From an uncultured bacterium (lineage in GTDB: Bacteria; Ratteibacteria; UBA8468; B48-G9; DTJG01), in contig CAZHJN010000003.1 in assembly GCA_964532995.1 (NCBI GenBank), forward strand, positions 1 to 63,936: a stretch of DNA of 63,936 nt, in the 5' to 3' direction. A model generated the notes under the pieces. The model did no database searches. It saw nothing but the letters and a program-made list of their open reading frames with translations, and was not told the DNA's origin. The position numbers were made by a program, and so were the translations under genes. Positions 55,858-63,936 of the stretch are shown here, piece after piece (position 1 is the first letter of the stretch; each line of letters begins with the position of its first letter).

Positions 55858-57191
55858 TTTTTCTCCATTTTTCTGCCGATTCCACAGCAGATAAAACCTG
55901 ATTTTTTAAGTTTATCCAGATTAAGAAAATTTCTTCCATCTATAATATAAGGCATTTTCATCAGATGCAAAATAGTTTCAAAATCAATGTTTTTGAATTC
56001 ATCCCATTCTGTCGCAAATATTATAAGATGAGCATCACGCGCAACATCATAAGCATTTTCACAAAATTCCACATCAGATAAAACTTTCTTTGCGTTTTCC
56101 ATTGCCCTGGGATCATAGCATTTCAATATACATCCTTCTTCAAGCAGTAAGTTTATTATCCCTATTGCAGGGCTTTCTCTTATATCATCTGTTCCTGGTT
56201 TGAAAGCCAGTCCTAAAACACCAACGCTCTTACCTCTAAGATTCCAGAGGAATTCTCTTACTTTTTTTATAACAATGAGTTTTTGCTGTTTATTTATTTT
56301 TTCCACCTCTTTCAACAAACCAAAATCACAACCGAGTTCCTCTGCGATTGAAATAAATGCTTTCACATCTTTTGGGAAACATGAACCGCCATAGCCTATA
56401 CCTGCTTTCAAAAAGGATTTACCAATTCTTGAATCTGTGCCCATACCCTCAGCAATCATATCAATATCAGCCCCAACCTTTTCACATATCTGCGAAATCG
56501 CGTTTATGTATGAAATTTTCATAGCCAGAAAAGAATTTGAAGCATGCTTGATAATCTCGGCGCTTTTTACATCAGTAAAAATGATAGGAACCTTCAATGG
56601 TCTGTAGATTTCCTTAAATATTTTTTTCGCCCTTTCATTTTCAACCCCAACCACAATTCTATCAGGTTTAAAGAAATCCTTGATTGCACTGCCCTCCCTT
56701 AAAAATTCAGGATTTGCGGCAACATCAAAATCAACTCCTGTGGGTGCAATAAGCTCTATGGTTCTTTTAACCCACTGGCCTGTAAGAACAGGAACCGTAC
56801 TTTTTTCCACAACCAGTTTATAATTATGTTTTCTATCTCTTTTACTTTTTATTTTTTTCAAAGCCTTTGCTATTTGAACTGATGCCTGCTCAACATAAGA
56901 AAGATCTGCTCTGCCATCCAAACTTGCCGGGGTTCCAACACAGATAAAAATTATTTCGGCTGATTTAACAAGATCATCTACTGACTTAACAAAAAGTAAC
57001 TTTTTATTTTTTAACCCGCTTTCAACAATCTGCTCAAGACCCGGCTCATAAAATGGTATAATGCCTTTTTTAAGTTTTTCTATCTTTTCACTATCGCTAT
57101 CAACGCAAAAAACAATATTACCAAGTTTTGCAAAACAGGCTCCTGTTACAAGACCGACATGACCGGTGCCTATTATTCCTATTTTTTTCAT
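55854..57191 (-). CDS. ugd: UDP-glucose 6-dehydrogenase
   Basis: GIIGTGHVGLVTGACFA, NPEFLREG and catalytic GGSCFPKD; 445 aa. Confidence 0.9.
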   Translation of the reverse strand: MKKIGIIGTGHVGLVTGACFAKLGNIVFCVDSDSEKIEKLKKGIIPFYEPGLEQIVESGLKNKKLLFVKSVDDLVKSAEIIFICVGTPASLDGRADLSYVEQASVQIAKALKKIKSKRDRKHNYKLVVEKSTVPVLTGQWVKRTIELIAPTGVDFDVAANPEFLREGSAIKDFFKPDRIVVGVENERAKKIFKEIYRPLKVPIIFTDVKSAEIIKHASNSFLAMKISYINAISQICEKVGADIDMIAEGMGTDSRIGKSFLKAGIGYGGSCFPKDVKAFISIAEELGCDFGLLKEVEKINKQQKLIVIKKVREFLWNLRGKSVGVLGLAFKPGTDDIRESPAIGIINLLLEEGCILKCYDPRAMENAKKVLSDVEFCENAYDVARDAHLIIFATEWDEFKNIDFETILHLMKMPYIIDGRNFLNLDKLKKSGFICCGIGRKMEKK

Positions 57192-58198
57192 CTGTTTTCC
57201 TCAAGCCATCTTACAAGTTTTCTTATCCCCTGTTCCTTTCCTATCGATGGTTTCCAGCCTGTGATTTTATTAAACATCGTATTGTCACTTATGAATACTT
57301 TCTGGTCCCCTGGTCGCCAGGAATTAAACTCATATTTAATTTTTACTCCGATTAATGTTTCAAGATAATTTACAAGTTCTAAAAGAGAAAATGAATTATT
57401 GATTCCTCCACCTATATTAAAAACTTTCCCAGAACACTTTTCCTTATTCTGCAAAACTTTCATATAAGCTGCAACAAGATCATCAACATGAAGAATATCT
57501 CTAACCTGTTTTCCATTTCCATAAATTGTAATTCTTTTCCCTTCCAATGCCCTGGTAATAAAATGAACAACCCATCCCTGATCCACGTTTCCATGCTGAA
57601 ACTGTCCGTATATGCAGGACTGTCTGAATACAACGGTATTCATTTTATAAATCCTTGAATAATCCTTGACATATTGATCACCGCTGCCTTTTGAACAGCC
57701 ATAAGGTGAATAAAAATCAAGCGGTTCACTTTCATCTATTCCATTTCGTTTATCAGAAAGAATGTACCTTGTTTTAAGTTCCTTTAATTTAAGATGTGAT
57801 AGTTCACCATAGACCTTGTTTGTTGAAGCATATAAAAATAAAGCATTTTTTGAGTTTTTCCTGCATGCTTCAAGAAGATAAAATGTGCCAAGTGCATTTA
57901 TTTCAAAATCTTCTGCTGGATTTTCAACCGAACATGTTACTGCCACCTGTGCTGCAAGGTGAAAAACAGCATTTAATCCTTTTGTTATTTTTTTCAGCAG
58001 GGGGTAGTTTCTGACATCTCCATTTATAAATTGCAAATTCTTGCAATTCATATCAAGAAGATATTTAAGATTTTTCTCTGTTCCTTTACGGGAAAGATTA
58101 TCCAGAACTATTACTTGATTATCTTTATCTCTGACAAGATTCAAAACAAGATTAGTACCAATGAACCCGGCACCGCCGGTAACCAGAATTTTATTCAT
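57188..58198 (-). CDS. Extended-SDR NAD-dependent epimerase (CDP-paratose 2-epimerase-like)
   Basis: VTGGAGFIGTNL, STNKVYG and SPYGCSKGSGDQYV motifs; 336 aa. Confidence 0.75.
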   Translation of the reverse strand: MNKILVTGGAGFIGTNLVLNLVRDKDNQVIVLDNLSRKGTEKNLKYLLDMNCKNLQFINGDVRNYPLLKKITKGLNAVFHLAAQVAVTCSVENPAEDFEINALGTFYLLEACRKNSKNALFLYASTNKVYGELSHLKLKELKTRYILSDKRNGIDESEPLDFYSPYGCSKGSGDQYVKDYSRIYKMNTVVFRQSCIYGQFQHGNVDQGWVVHFITRALEGKRITIYGNGKQVRDILHVDDLVAAYMKVLQNKEKCSGKVFNIGGGINNSFSLLELVNYLETLIGVKIKYEFNSWRPGDQKVFISDNTMFNKITGWKPSIGKEQGIRKLVRWLEENR

Positions 58199-58221
58199 TT
58201 TTTCTCCACTCTATTGTATTA

Positions 58222-59079
58222 TTATACTTTTATTTTCTGATTAATATGAAATTTTTTTCTTGCGACTATAATAGTGGAATCTGAACCAAAAATAATTCTT
58301 AACATCAACTGCGCAATAAAAACAAATGTTGATTTTAATGAAAATGACAACAGAAATGCAGGCATATCGTTAACTCTTAGCACAGATAAAACATCAAAAC
58401 CATTTGTTGAAATAAGGTTCCTGATGGAAACAGGAGTAAAATGAAAAATTTGTGCGGGTATATGAAGCAAACTTCTGGTTCTGCCAGCAAATCTGAACAT
58501 ATTCAACAATCTGAAAAAAAAAGGGGAATGATATGGCGTTTTTATAATCAATATACCACCATCCTTCAGTACCCTGCGAATTTCTTTCAAATATTCCTGT
58601 GGCGTTTCCAGATGAGCAATAACATCAAAAACAGTAACCACATCAAAAAAGCCATCTGGAAATCCTGCATTCTTAAAATCACAGCAAATTACATTATGAC
58701 CCATTTTCTTACAGTAATCTGAAGCAAAAATAGAAGTATCAATACCAAAACAATGCCATCCCTTTTCTGTCATAACTTCCATCAAAAATCCTGTACCACA
58801 ACCAACATCAAGTAAGCTGCCCGGCTCCAAATTTGATAGAATTTCAATCCTTCCAAGCAACTTCTTCAGATATCTTTTTCTGCGAATCCTATTTTTGATA
58901 TACCAGCGATTAAAATATTTTTCATCATAAAGCGATGGAACCAAAGACGCAGGACAGAAAATAACACCACAACTGATGCATCTTCTAGCAGTATAATTTT
59001 TTTCCTTCCATATTAATTCTGTCTTTTCGGCACAGAGCGGGCAGCAATCTTTCAAAATCTGTATCTTATCAGAGTCCAT
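58222..59079 (-). CDS. Class I SAM-dependent methyltransferase with N-terminal Zn-ribbon
   Basis: CPLC...CISCG at the N-terminus and LLDVGCGTGFL motif I; 285 aa. Confidence 0.75.
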   Translation of the reverse strand: MDSDKIQILKDCCPLCAEKTELIWKEKNYTARRCISCGVIFCPASLVPSLYDEKYFNRWYIKNRIRRKRYLKKLLGRIEILSNLEPGSLLDVGCGTGFLMEVMTEKGWHCFGIDTSIFASDYCKKMGHNVICCDFKNAGFPDGFFDVVTVFDVIAHLETPQEYLKEIRRVLKDGGILIIKTPYHSPFFFRLLNMFRFAGRTRSLLHIPAQIFHFTPVSIRNLISTNGFDVLSVLRVNDMPAFLLSFSLKSTFVFIAQLMLRIIFGSDSTIIVARKKFHINQKIKV

Positions 59080-59732
59080 ATGGCAATCAATCCATCTTTC
59101 CAGTTAATTTTTTTGCCTTCTCGTTTTGTTCTTGGCCGGTATTTTATTGGAAGCTCAAGTATTTTTATTCGCCTTTTTGCTATCTTTGCCGTTACTTCCG
59201 GACAGAATTCAAACCCTCTGCAATGAAGATCAAGAGATTTTAAAAGATCGCTTTTGAACATTTTATAACAGGTTGGTTCATCTGTAATTGATGTGCCATA
59301 GAGCATATTTGTTAAAAACGACAGGAATCTTCCACCTGCATAGAAAGAAAAAGAGGATTTTGGATTTCTACCGAGAATTCTTGAACCATAAACAACCTCT
59401 GATTTTCCTTCTTCAAGGGGCCTGATAAGTTCGAGAAAATCCATTGGATCATATTCAAGGTCTGCATCCTGAATAACCACATATTCTCCTTTCACTTCCG
59501 GTATTGCTCTGCGTATCGCAAAACCTTTACCCATATTTACAGACTGAAAAATAATTCTGATGCCGGGTGTTTTTTCTTTTTCCATACTGGCAAGAATCTC
59601 TTTTGTTCCATCTGTGCTTCCGTCATCAACTATAATGATCTCCTTCTCAATGGGTACCGCAAGCACTTTTTCAATTACTTTCTTTACGGTGGCCTTTTCA
59701 TTATATACAGGTATGATAACTGATAGTTTCAC
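59052..59732 (-). CDS. GT2 glycosyltransferase, Dpm1-like
   Basis: VIIPVYNEKATV, VDDGSTDGT and QDADLEYDP motifs; 226 aa. Confidence 0.8.
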   Translation of the reverse strand: MKLSVIIPVYNEKATVKKVIEKVLAVPIEKEIIIVDDGSTDGTKEILASMEKEKTPGIRIIFQSVNMGKGFAIRRAIPEVKGEYVVIQDADLEYDPMDFLELIRPLEEGKSEVVYGSRILGRNPKSSFSFYAGGRFLSFLTNMLYGTSITDEPTCYKMFKSDLLKSLDLHCRGFEFCPEVTAKIAKRRIKILELPIKYRPRTKREGKKINWKDGLIAIWTLIRYRF

Positions 59733-60910
59733 GATTTATTAATTCCCTTCAGCTGGAAAATCAGCCACAGAAAACCGTTTGAAGCAAACATAATAACAAA
59801 TGGCTCAATGGCAACCCTGTATCTTATTGATGCAAGAAAAATCATATGAAAAATTGTAAAAAAAACAATGGTCCAGACAAGAAAGAGTGTTTTCAAACTA
59901 TGTTTTGTTATAAATAACCCCAGAATAAAAAATGGAAGCAACAGTCCAAAGCTCAACACACTTAATGCACGATAAAAATTTGTACTGTATTCAGCTGCAT
60001 TCGGTACAATATTCCAGAATCTGAAAAACTTTTTCCCGAGTAATCTTAAAAATCTTTGGGGATCTTTTTTTATACATTCAAATGTGAGGCTATAGAAAAC
60101 TCTGTCTCTCTGCGCCTCATCAACCTGCCAGACACCTTCAGGGAAATATCTGCATGGACCGCCTTCTGAAAAAGGATTGTTCCCCTCCCAGAAAACTGCT
60201 CCGCCCATTGTCGTACCTGGAACGAATTTTCCGATAGCAATATAGTTTCTTATAATCCATGGTGTCAGAACCAAAATAAAACCTGCAAAAGCAAACAATA
60301 TCTTTTTTAATCTGATTATATTGTTATCTGCAGAAAACAAAATGAATAATAAACAGAATGGAAAAAATAATTCCATTGTCGGTCTGCACAAACCCGCAAA
60401 ACCAGAAGTAGCACCAAAAACCAAGCCATAAGATGGAAAAACTTTTGGCTCCACAAGAGTGAACATTGTAAGAGCACATAAAACAACAAGAAAAATAAAA
60501 AATGTTTCAGTAAGCAAAAATCCTGTATAAAAAATGAAAAATGGATAAATTGCTGAAAGAAAACATGATAGAAGAGCAACCCTCTCACTGAAGATTTTTT
60601 TGCTGATTAAATAAATAAACACACATGTTATCGCAGAAAGAAATGATTGAACAATCCTGATGCCAGTAATTGTAAATCCTGTCTTAACCAGTAATGCAAT
60701 AAATAAAGGGTAAAGTGGTGGTCTGTAAGCTTTTAAGTTTTCAGCAACCATCAAACCTTTGCCAGAAATAAAATTATCAACGATTTTCCAGTATTCATAC
60801 TCATCATCAAAATAAAATCTTTCCTCCAGATAAAAAGCAAAACCAATCCTGAAAGTGAAAGCAATGAAAAAAATTAATAAAATTACCTTCCAAAAATTTT
60901 TTCGCGCCAT
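59729..60910 (-). CDS. GT-C fold membrane glycosyltransferase B (PMT_2/ArnT-like)
   Basis: 393 aa with about 11 TM helices. The first-loop acidic motif is FDDEYEYW, and RPPLYPLF follows. It is a paralog of the gene at 62933-63936. Confidence 0.7.
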   Translation of the reverse strand: MARKNFWKVILLIFFIAFTFRIGFAFYLEERFYFDDEYEYWKIVDNFISGKGLMVAENLKAYRPPLYPLFIALLVKTGFTITGIRIVQSFLSAITCVFIYLISKKIFSERVALLSCFLSAIYPFFIFYTGFLLTETFFIFLVVLCALTMFTLVEPKVFPSYGLVFGATSGFAGLCRPTMELFFPFCLLFILFSADNNIIRLKKILFAFAGFILVLTPWIIRNYIAIGKFVPGTTMGGAVFWEGNNPFSEGGPCRYFPEGVWQVDEAQRDRVFYSLTFECIKKDPQRFLRLLGKKFFRFWNIVPNAAEYSTNFYRALSVLSFGLLLPFFILGLFITKHSLKTLFLVWTIVFFTIFHMIFLASIRYRVAIEPFVIMFASNGFLWLIFQLKGINKS

Positions 60911-61563
60911 ATCTTTATTCTAAAGATAAAAAAGGAATTGTGTCCGTAAACACCCACTCTGGGTAATGCATATCTATCAAACTCACCTTTCCAGCCTGTA
61001 ACAACAGCACCAAGATAACCGGCATTTTTAACCATCTCTCTGATTTTTGCGTTCTGTTTTCCATAGGGATAGCAGAAAAAAAGAATCTTTCTTCCTATGT
61101 TTTTTTGAATGAACTTTTCTGATTCGAAAATTTCATTCCACGCCTGTTTTCTATCAAGAGATGTTAAGTCCGGATGACTGAGTGAATGAGAGCCAAAATC
61201 AATATCAGCTCTCAGCATTTCCTGGACTTCTTTCCATTTTAAGTACCTGTCCTTTTCTTTATCATTATATTTTCTGTGAAGTTTTTCTGTTCCTATGAAA
61301 TGTGCTGTCAAAAATATGGTCGGTTTTATTCCGTATTTCTTCATGACAGGAAATGCAAACATAAAATTATCTGCAAAGCCATCATCAAAGGTAATACAAA
61401 AGTTTTTTCTGCTATTTGATAGGTCTTCAAAATATTCATAAAGAGAAACAGGTTTAAGGCCCTTTTTGAGCAAAAAATTAATCTGCCTCTCGAACATTGC
61501 AGGAGAAACACTCAAAGCATCTTCTGGATACCAGGGATTAATTCTATGATATGCAAGTATCAT
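60883..61563 (-). CDS. Polysaccharide deacetylase (CE4/NodB homology domain; ArnD-like)
   Basis: TFDDGFADN (Asp-Asp metal/catalytic motif) and GSHSLSHPDL (His-x4-His); 226 aa. Confidence 0.8.
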   Translation of the reverse strand: MILAYHRINPWYPEDALSVSPAMFERQINFLLKKGLKPVSLYEYFEDLSNSRKNFCITFDDGFADNFMFAFPVMKKYGIKPTIFLTAHFIGTEKLHRKYNDKEKDRYLKWKEVQEMLRADIDFGSHSLSHPDLTSLDRKQAWNEIFESEKFIQKNIGRKILFFCYPYGKQNAKIREMVKNAGYLGAVVTGWKGEFDRYALPRVGVYGHNSFFIFRIKIWREKIFGR

Positions 61564-62285
61564 ATTTTTAACCTTTTAAATCTGTATGAAATGATGAGCC
61601 ATATCATTTTTAATCCCAAAAAGAATGCCTTTTTTAAACTTCCTGTTACCGAAGATTTACCCACCCTTGGTCTGTAATTAACAGGTATTTCAATAAACTT
61701 TATTCCATTTTTTGCAATAAGAATCGTGAGTTCCGGACCAAAATGTTGAGTACCTATTGTAAAATACGGTCTGACTTTTTCATAAAGATTTCTTTTTATC
61801 AATCTCATGGTACAGCCAACATCAGTGAGAGTTGTTGTGTTATACAAAAATTCAAGAAGTTTTGCAACAGCCCAGTTTCCCCATTTTAGAAAAGCACCCA
61901 TATTCGCACCCTGCCATATCAATTCTCTTGTGGTTCTTGTTCCAATCACATAATCGAAATCATCAGAATAAGCCAGCAATTTAATAACATCTTTCCCGGA
62001 AAATGTTCCATCAGGTTCAGAAATTATCAATAGTTCCCCTGTGGCTTCTTCAAGACCTTTCCATATAGCATAGCCATACCCCTGTCTTTTTTCATAAACA
62101 AGTCTGGCTTTTGTTTTCTTCACCTCATCATCGGTCCCGGCTGCAGCATTATTGTTAACAACGATTATTTCGTCCACAAAACCAGAAGCAAAAAAATCCT
62201 CAATCGCTTCTTTTATTGAATCCCTTTCATTATAAGTGGGAAAAATTACACTTATTTTTTTATCTCTCCACATTCTTTTCTCCAA
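61560..62285 (-). CDS. GT2 glycosyltransferase, Dpm1/ArnC-like
   Basis: VIFPTYNERDSI and VVNNNAAAGTDDE. ISEPDG stands in place of DxD. The C-terminal amphipathic/hydrophobic tail is FFLGLKMIWLIISY; 241 aa. Confidence 0.75.
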   Translation of the reverse strand: MEKRMWRDKKISVIFPTYNERDSIKEAIEDFFASGFVDEIIVVNNNAAAGTDDEVKKTKARLVYEKRQGYGYAIWKGLEEATGELLIISEPDGTFSGKDVIKLLAYSDDFDYVIGTRTTRELIWQGANMGAFLKWGNWAVAKLLEFLYNTTTLTDVGCTMRLIKRNLYEKVRPYFTIGTQHFGPELTILIAKNGIKFIEIPVNYRPRVGKSSVTGSLKKAFFLGLKMIWLIISYRFKRLKI

Positions 62286-62979
62286 TAATTACATTGTGAG
62301 AACAAATAAGATTCAAAAGAGGAATTTTTTCAATACCTCTCTCCAGGAAAGAGAATAATCTCATAAGAAAAATAGGAATGAAATCTGGCATAAATCCTTT
62401 TTTCTCATAAACAATTGTTTTGATTCCGGCATCTTCAAGTAATTGTATCAAATGCCCGGAACTGTGTATTTGTTCTTTCCCCTGATCCTGGGGAACCCGT
62501 TTCATCAAAAATAACCAGTAAGGATTTATTCTGTTATGGTCCCATATTACAACTCGTCCATTTGGTTTGAGAACACGGCTTATTTCATGCATAACGCTTT
62601 TCAACAATTTACCTCTGATATGATGCATTGTTGCAACACATACAACTCCATCAAAACTCTCTGACAAAAATGGCATTCTTTCCGCTGAAGAACAGACTAT
62701 TCTACCGGGCATTCTTTTTGCTGCAATTTCCACCATCTTTTTTGAAATATCAATTCCATAAACATCGTAGCCAGCATTTTTAAGATTCAAAACAAGTAAA
62801 CCCGTTCCACAACCAATATCAAGAATTTTTTTTCTGTTTTTAAAGTGCCTCACAATATATTCTGTACGCATTTTAATATAGTAATCCCTTATGTGCGGAC
62901 GAAAAATATCATCATAAATCTCTGCAACTGAATCAAATTCTTCTGGCATTTTTTCTTTTTTCCATAAAAAACAAGACAC
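62260..62979 (-). CDS. Class I SAM-dependent methyltransferase
   Basis: ILDIGCGTGLL motif I and FDGVVCVATMHH. 239 aa (alternative start ATG 62949, MPEEFD). Confidence 0.75.
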   Translation of the reverse strand: MSCFLWKKEKMPEEFDSVAEIYDDIFRPHIRDYYIKMRTEYIVRHFKNRKKILDIGCGTGLLVLNLKNAGYDVYGIDISKKMVEIAAKRMPGRIVCSSAERMPFLSESFDGVVCVATMHHIRGKLLKSVMHEISRVLKPNGRVVIWDHNRINPYWLFLMKRVPQDQGKEQIHSSGHLIQLLEDAGIKTIVYEKKGFMPDFIPIFLMRLFSFLERGIEKIPLLNLICSHNVIIGEKNVER

Positions 62980-63936
62980 CGTAGATTGAGAAAATAAGAA
63001 CGAAAGGCATTATTGGAAATCTGTATCTGATTGCCGTGCGAATCAAAATATTGCCCAACATGAAAACAATTATAAAACTGTGCAAAATAAAAAAATGTCG
63101 CCATTTTGGTAAAGATAGCAAAAAACCAATAAACCCAAGAATTATCAAAGGAGACTCAACCAGCAAACTCAATAAAACATGCAGTTTGCTATAGGGTTTA
63201 CCAGGTCCTGAAATGGTATGTGGGAAAAATCTCCAGAATCTCACAAATCTATCAATGACAAGTCTTAAATAAATACCCGGATTCCTCTTTATAAAAGAAA
63301 ACGCCATACCATAAAACTTTCGATCTATTTCAATCTCTGATAAACCTTTGAAGTCTTCTAAATTTTCCGCATGATAGAATCCACTCGGTTGATATAAAGA
63401 GTATTCATTATTTGCTATATAGAAAACAACTCCTCCCTCTGTAGAGGTAAGTACAAATGTATGGTGAATGATATAATTTCTTACAATCCATGGAACAATA
63501 ATAAGACAACAACCCGCACAAAATAACAAAATATTTTTATAAAAAGATATTTTTCTTGAAATAAAAAAATATGCTAAAAGAACAGGTATAAAAAGTAAAG
63601 CGGTAGGTCTGGTTAGAAAGAGTAATCCAGATACAAAACCCGCGAAAAAGAAAGACGATATATGTTTGCTTTTAACAGCAAACACCGACAGTAACGCAAG
63701 AACAACAGTCAAAAAAGCAGTCAAAGTTTCAGGAGCAAGATAACCTGTCCAGAAGATAGCAACTGGGTACAGCGCGAAACAAGTCGCACAAATCAGAGCA
63801 GTTTTTCTGTCAATGAGCAACACACATAAAAAATACAAGATAATAGATGTCAGAGAACTCACGAAAGCCAAAGCGATTTTCGCTGCAAGATAACTGTGCC
63901 CGAATAAAAAATAAACAATTGCCAGGAAAAAAGGAA
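62933..63936 (-). CDS. GT-C fold membrane glycosyltransferase C (PMT_2/ArnT-like), 5'-truncated by window edge
   Basis: The minus-strand frame stays open from 63871 to the window end (…PFFLAIVYFLFGHSYLAAKIA-LAFVSS…), so the track's TTG start is an artefact. It is polytopic and collinear with protein B (VPWIVRNYI vs TPWIIRNYI; IRYRFPIMPFV vs IRYRVAIEPFV). Confidence 0.7.
   Translation of the reverse strand, partial: PFFLAIVYFLFGHSYLAAKIALAFVSSLTSIILYFLCVLLIDRKTALICATCFALYPVAIFWTGYLAPETLTAFLTVVLALLSVFAVKSKHISSFFFAGFVSGLLFLTRPTALLFIPVLLAYFFISRKISFYKNILLFCAGCCLIIVPWIVRNYIIHHTFVLTSTEGGVVFYIANNEYSLYQPSGFYHAENLEDFKGLSEIEIDRKFYGMAFSFIKRNPGIYLRLVIDRFVRFWRFFPHTISGPGKPYSKLHVLLSLLVESPLIILGFIGFLLSLPKWRHFFILHSFIIVFMLGNILIRTAIRYRFPIMPFVLIFSIYGVLFFMEKRKNARRI

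Noticed and set aside
1-63936. Search for CRISPR arrays, IS elements/transposases, prophage genes, toxin-antitoxin pairs, rRNA and long direct or inverted repeats.
   Set aside because: None were recognised by eye. The only repetitive DNA is the low-complexity Thr/Gly/Ser coding tract in pilQ and the paralogous pilin and GT-C genes. A computational repeat search would be needed to exclude short dispersed repeats.

Overview
Gene-dense, AT-rich chromosomal segment with about 72 CDS, 2 tRNAs and no rRNA. It comes from a diderm bacterium (Tol-Pal, Pal/OmpA lipoprotein, PilQ secretin); the lineage cannot be named from sequence alone. Tiny intergenic spacers, frequent ATGA/4-nt start-stop overlaps and abutting or overlapping convergent gene ends suggest a streamlined, probably uncultivated organism. 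The standard genetic code, GGAGG-type Shine-Dalgarno sites and near-consensus sigma70 promoters are visible. Layout: (1) 0.2-8.2 kb (+): type IV pilus locus with two tandem pilins, pilM-N-O, a PilP-like/SPOR fusion, pilQ and three minor-pilin-like genes. (2) 8.3-10.0 kb: BNR/sialidase-like protein and DedA. (3) 10.0-25.1 kb (-): one long co-directional array of tRNA-Lys, ABC exporter, efp, dTDP-rhamnose genes rfbC-A-B-D, tRNA-Glu, tolQ-tolR-tolA-like-tolB-pal, a LysM coiled-coil lipoprotein, prepilin peptidase pilD, a hypothetical, recG, a GT2 and pcm. (4) 25.3-26.4 kb: ParA plus a small RHH-like partner. (5) 26.4-50.7 kb: housekeeping genes (lysA, argH, topA, hisA-like, cimA, a peptidase/amidohydrolase block, NfeD, LOG, phosphohexomutase, truB, nrnA, hflX, rplU, valS, larC, yajC, tgt, queA). 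(6) 50.7-63.9 kb (-, running off the window): a >13 kb operon with three GT-C membrane glycosyltransferases, four Dpm1/ArnC-like GT2s, Ugd/Uxs, two SDR epimerases, a CE4 deacetylase and two methyltransferases. No CRISPR array, transposase, integrase, phage or toxin-antitoxin genes were recognised. Best candidates for something new, in order: the multi-branch polyprenyl-phosphate-sugar style glycosylation operon; an EF-P lacking the canonical modified Lys, sitting directly upstream of the rhamnose operon; the PilP-SPOR type IV pilus variant with pilD embedded in the Tol-Pal operon; and a chromosomal ParA/RHH pair with a 92-nt out-of-frame overlap. All functional calls come from motif recognition by eye, and no database search was run.
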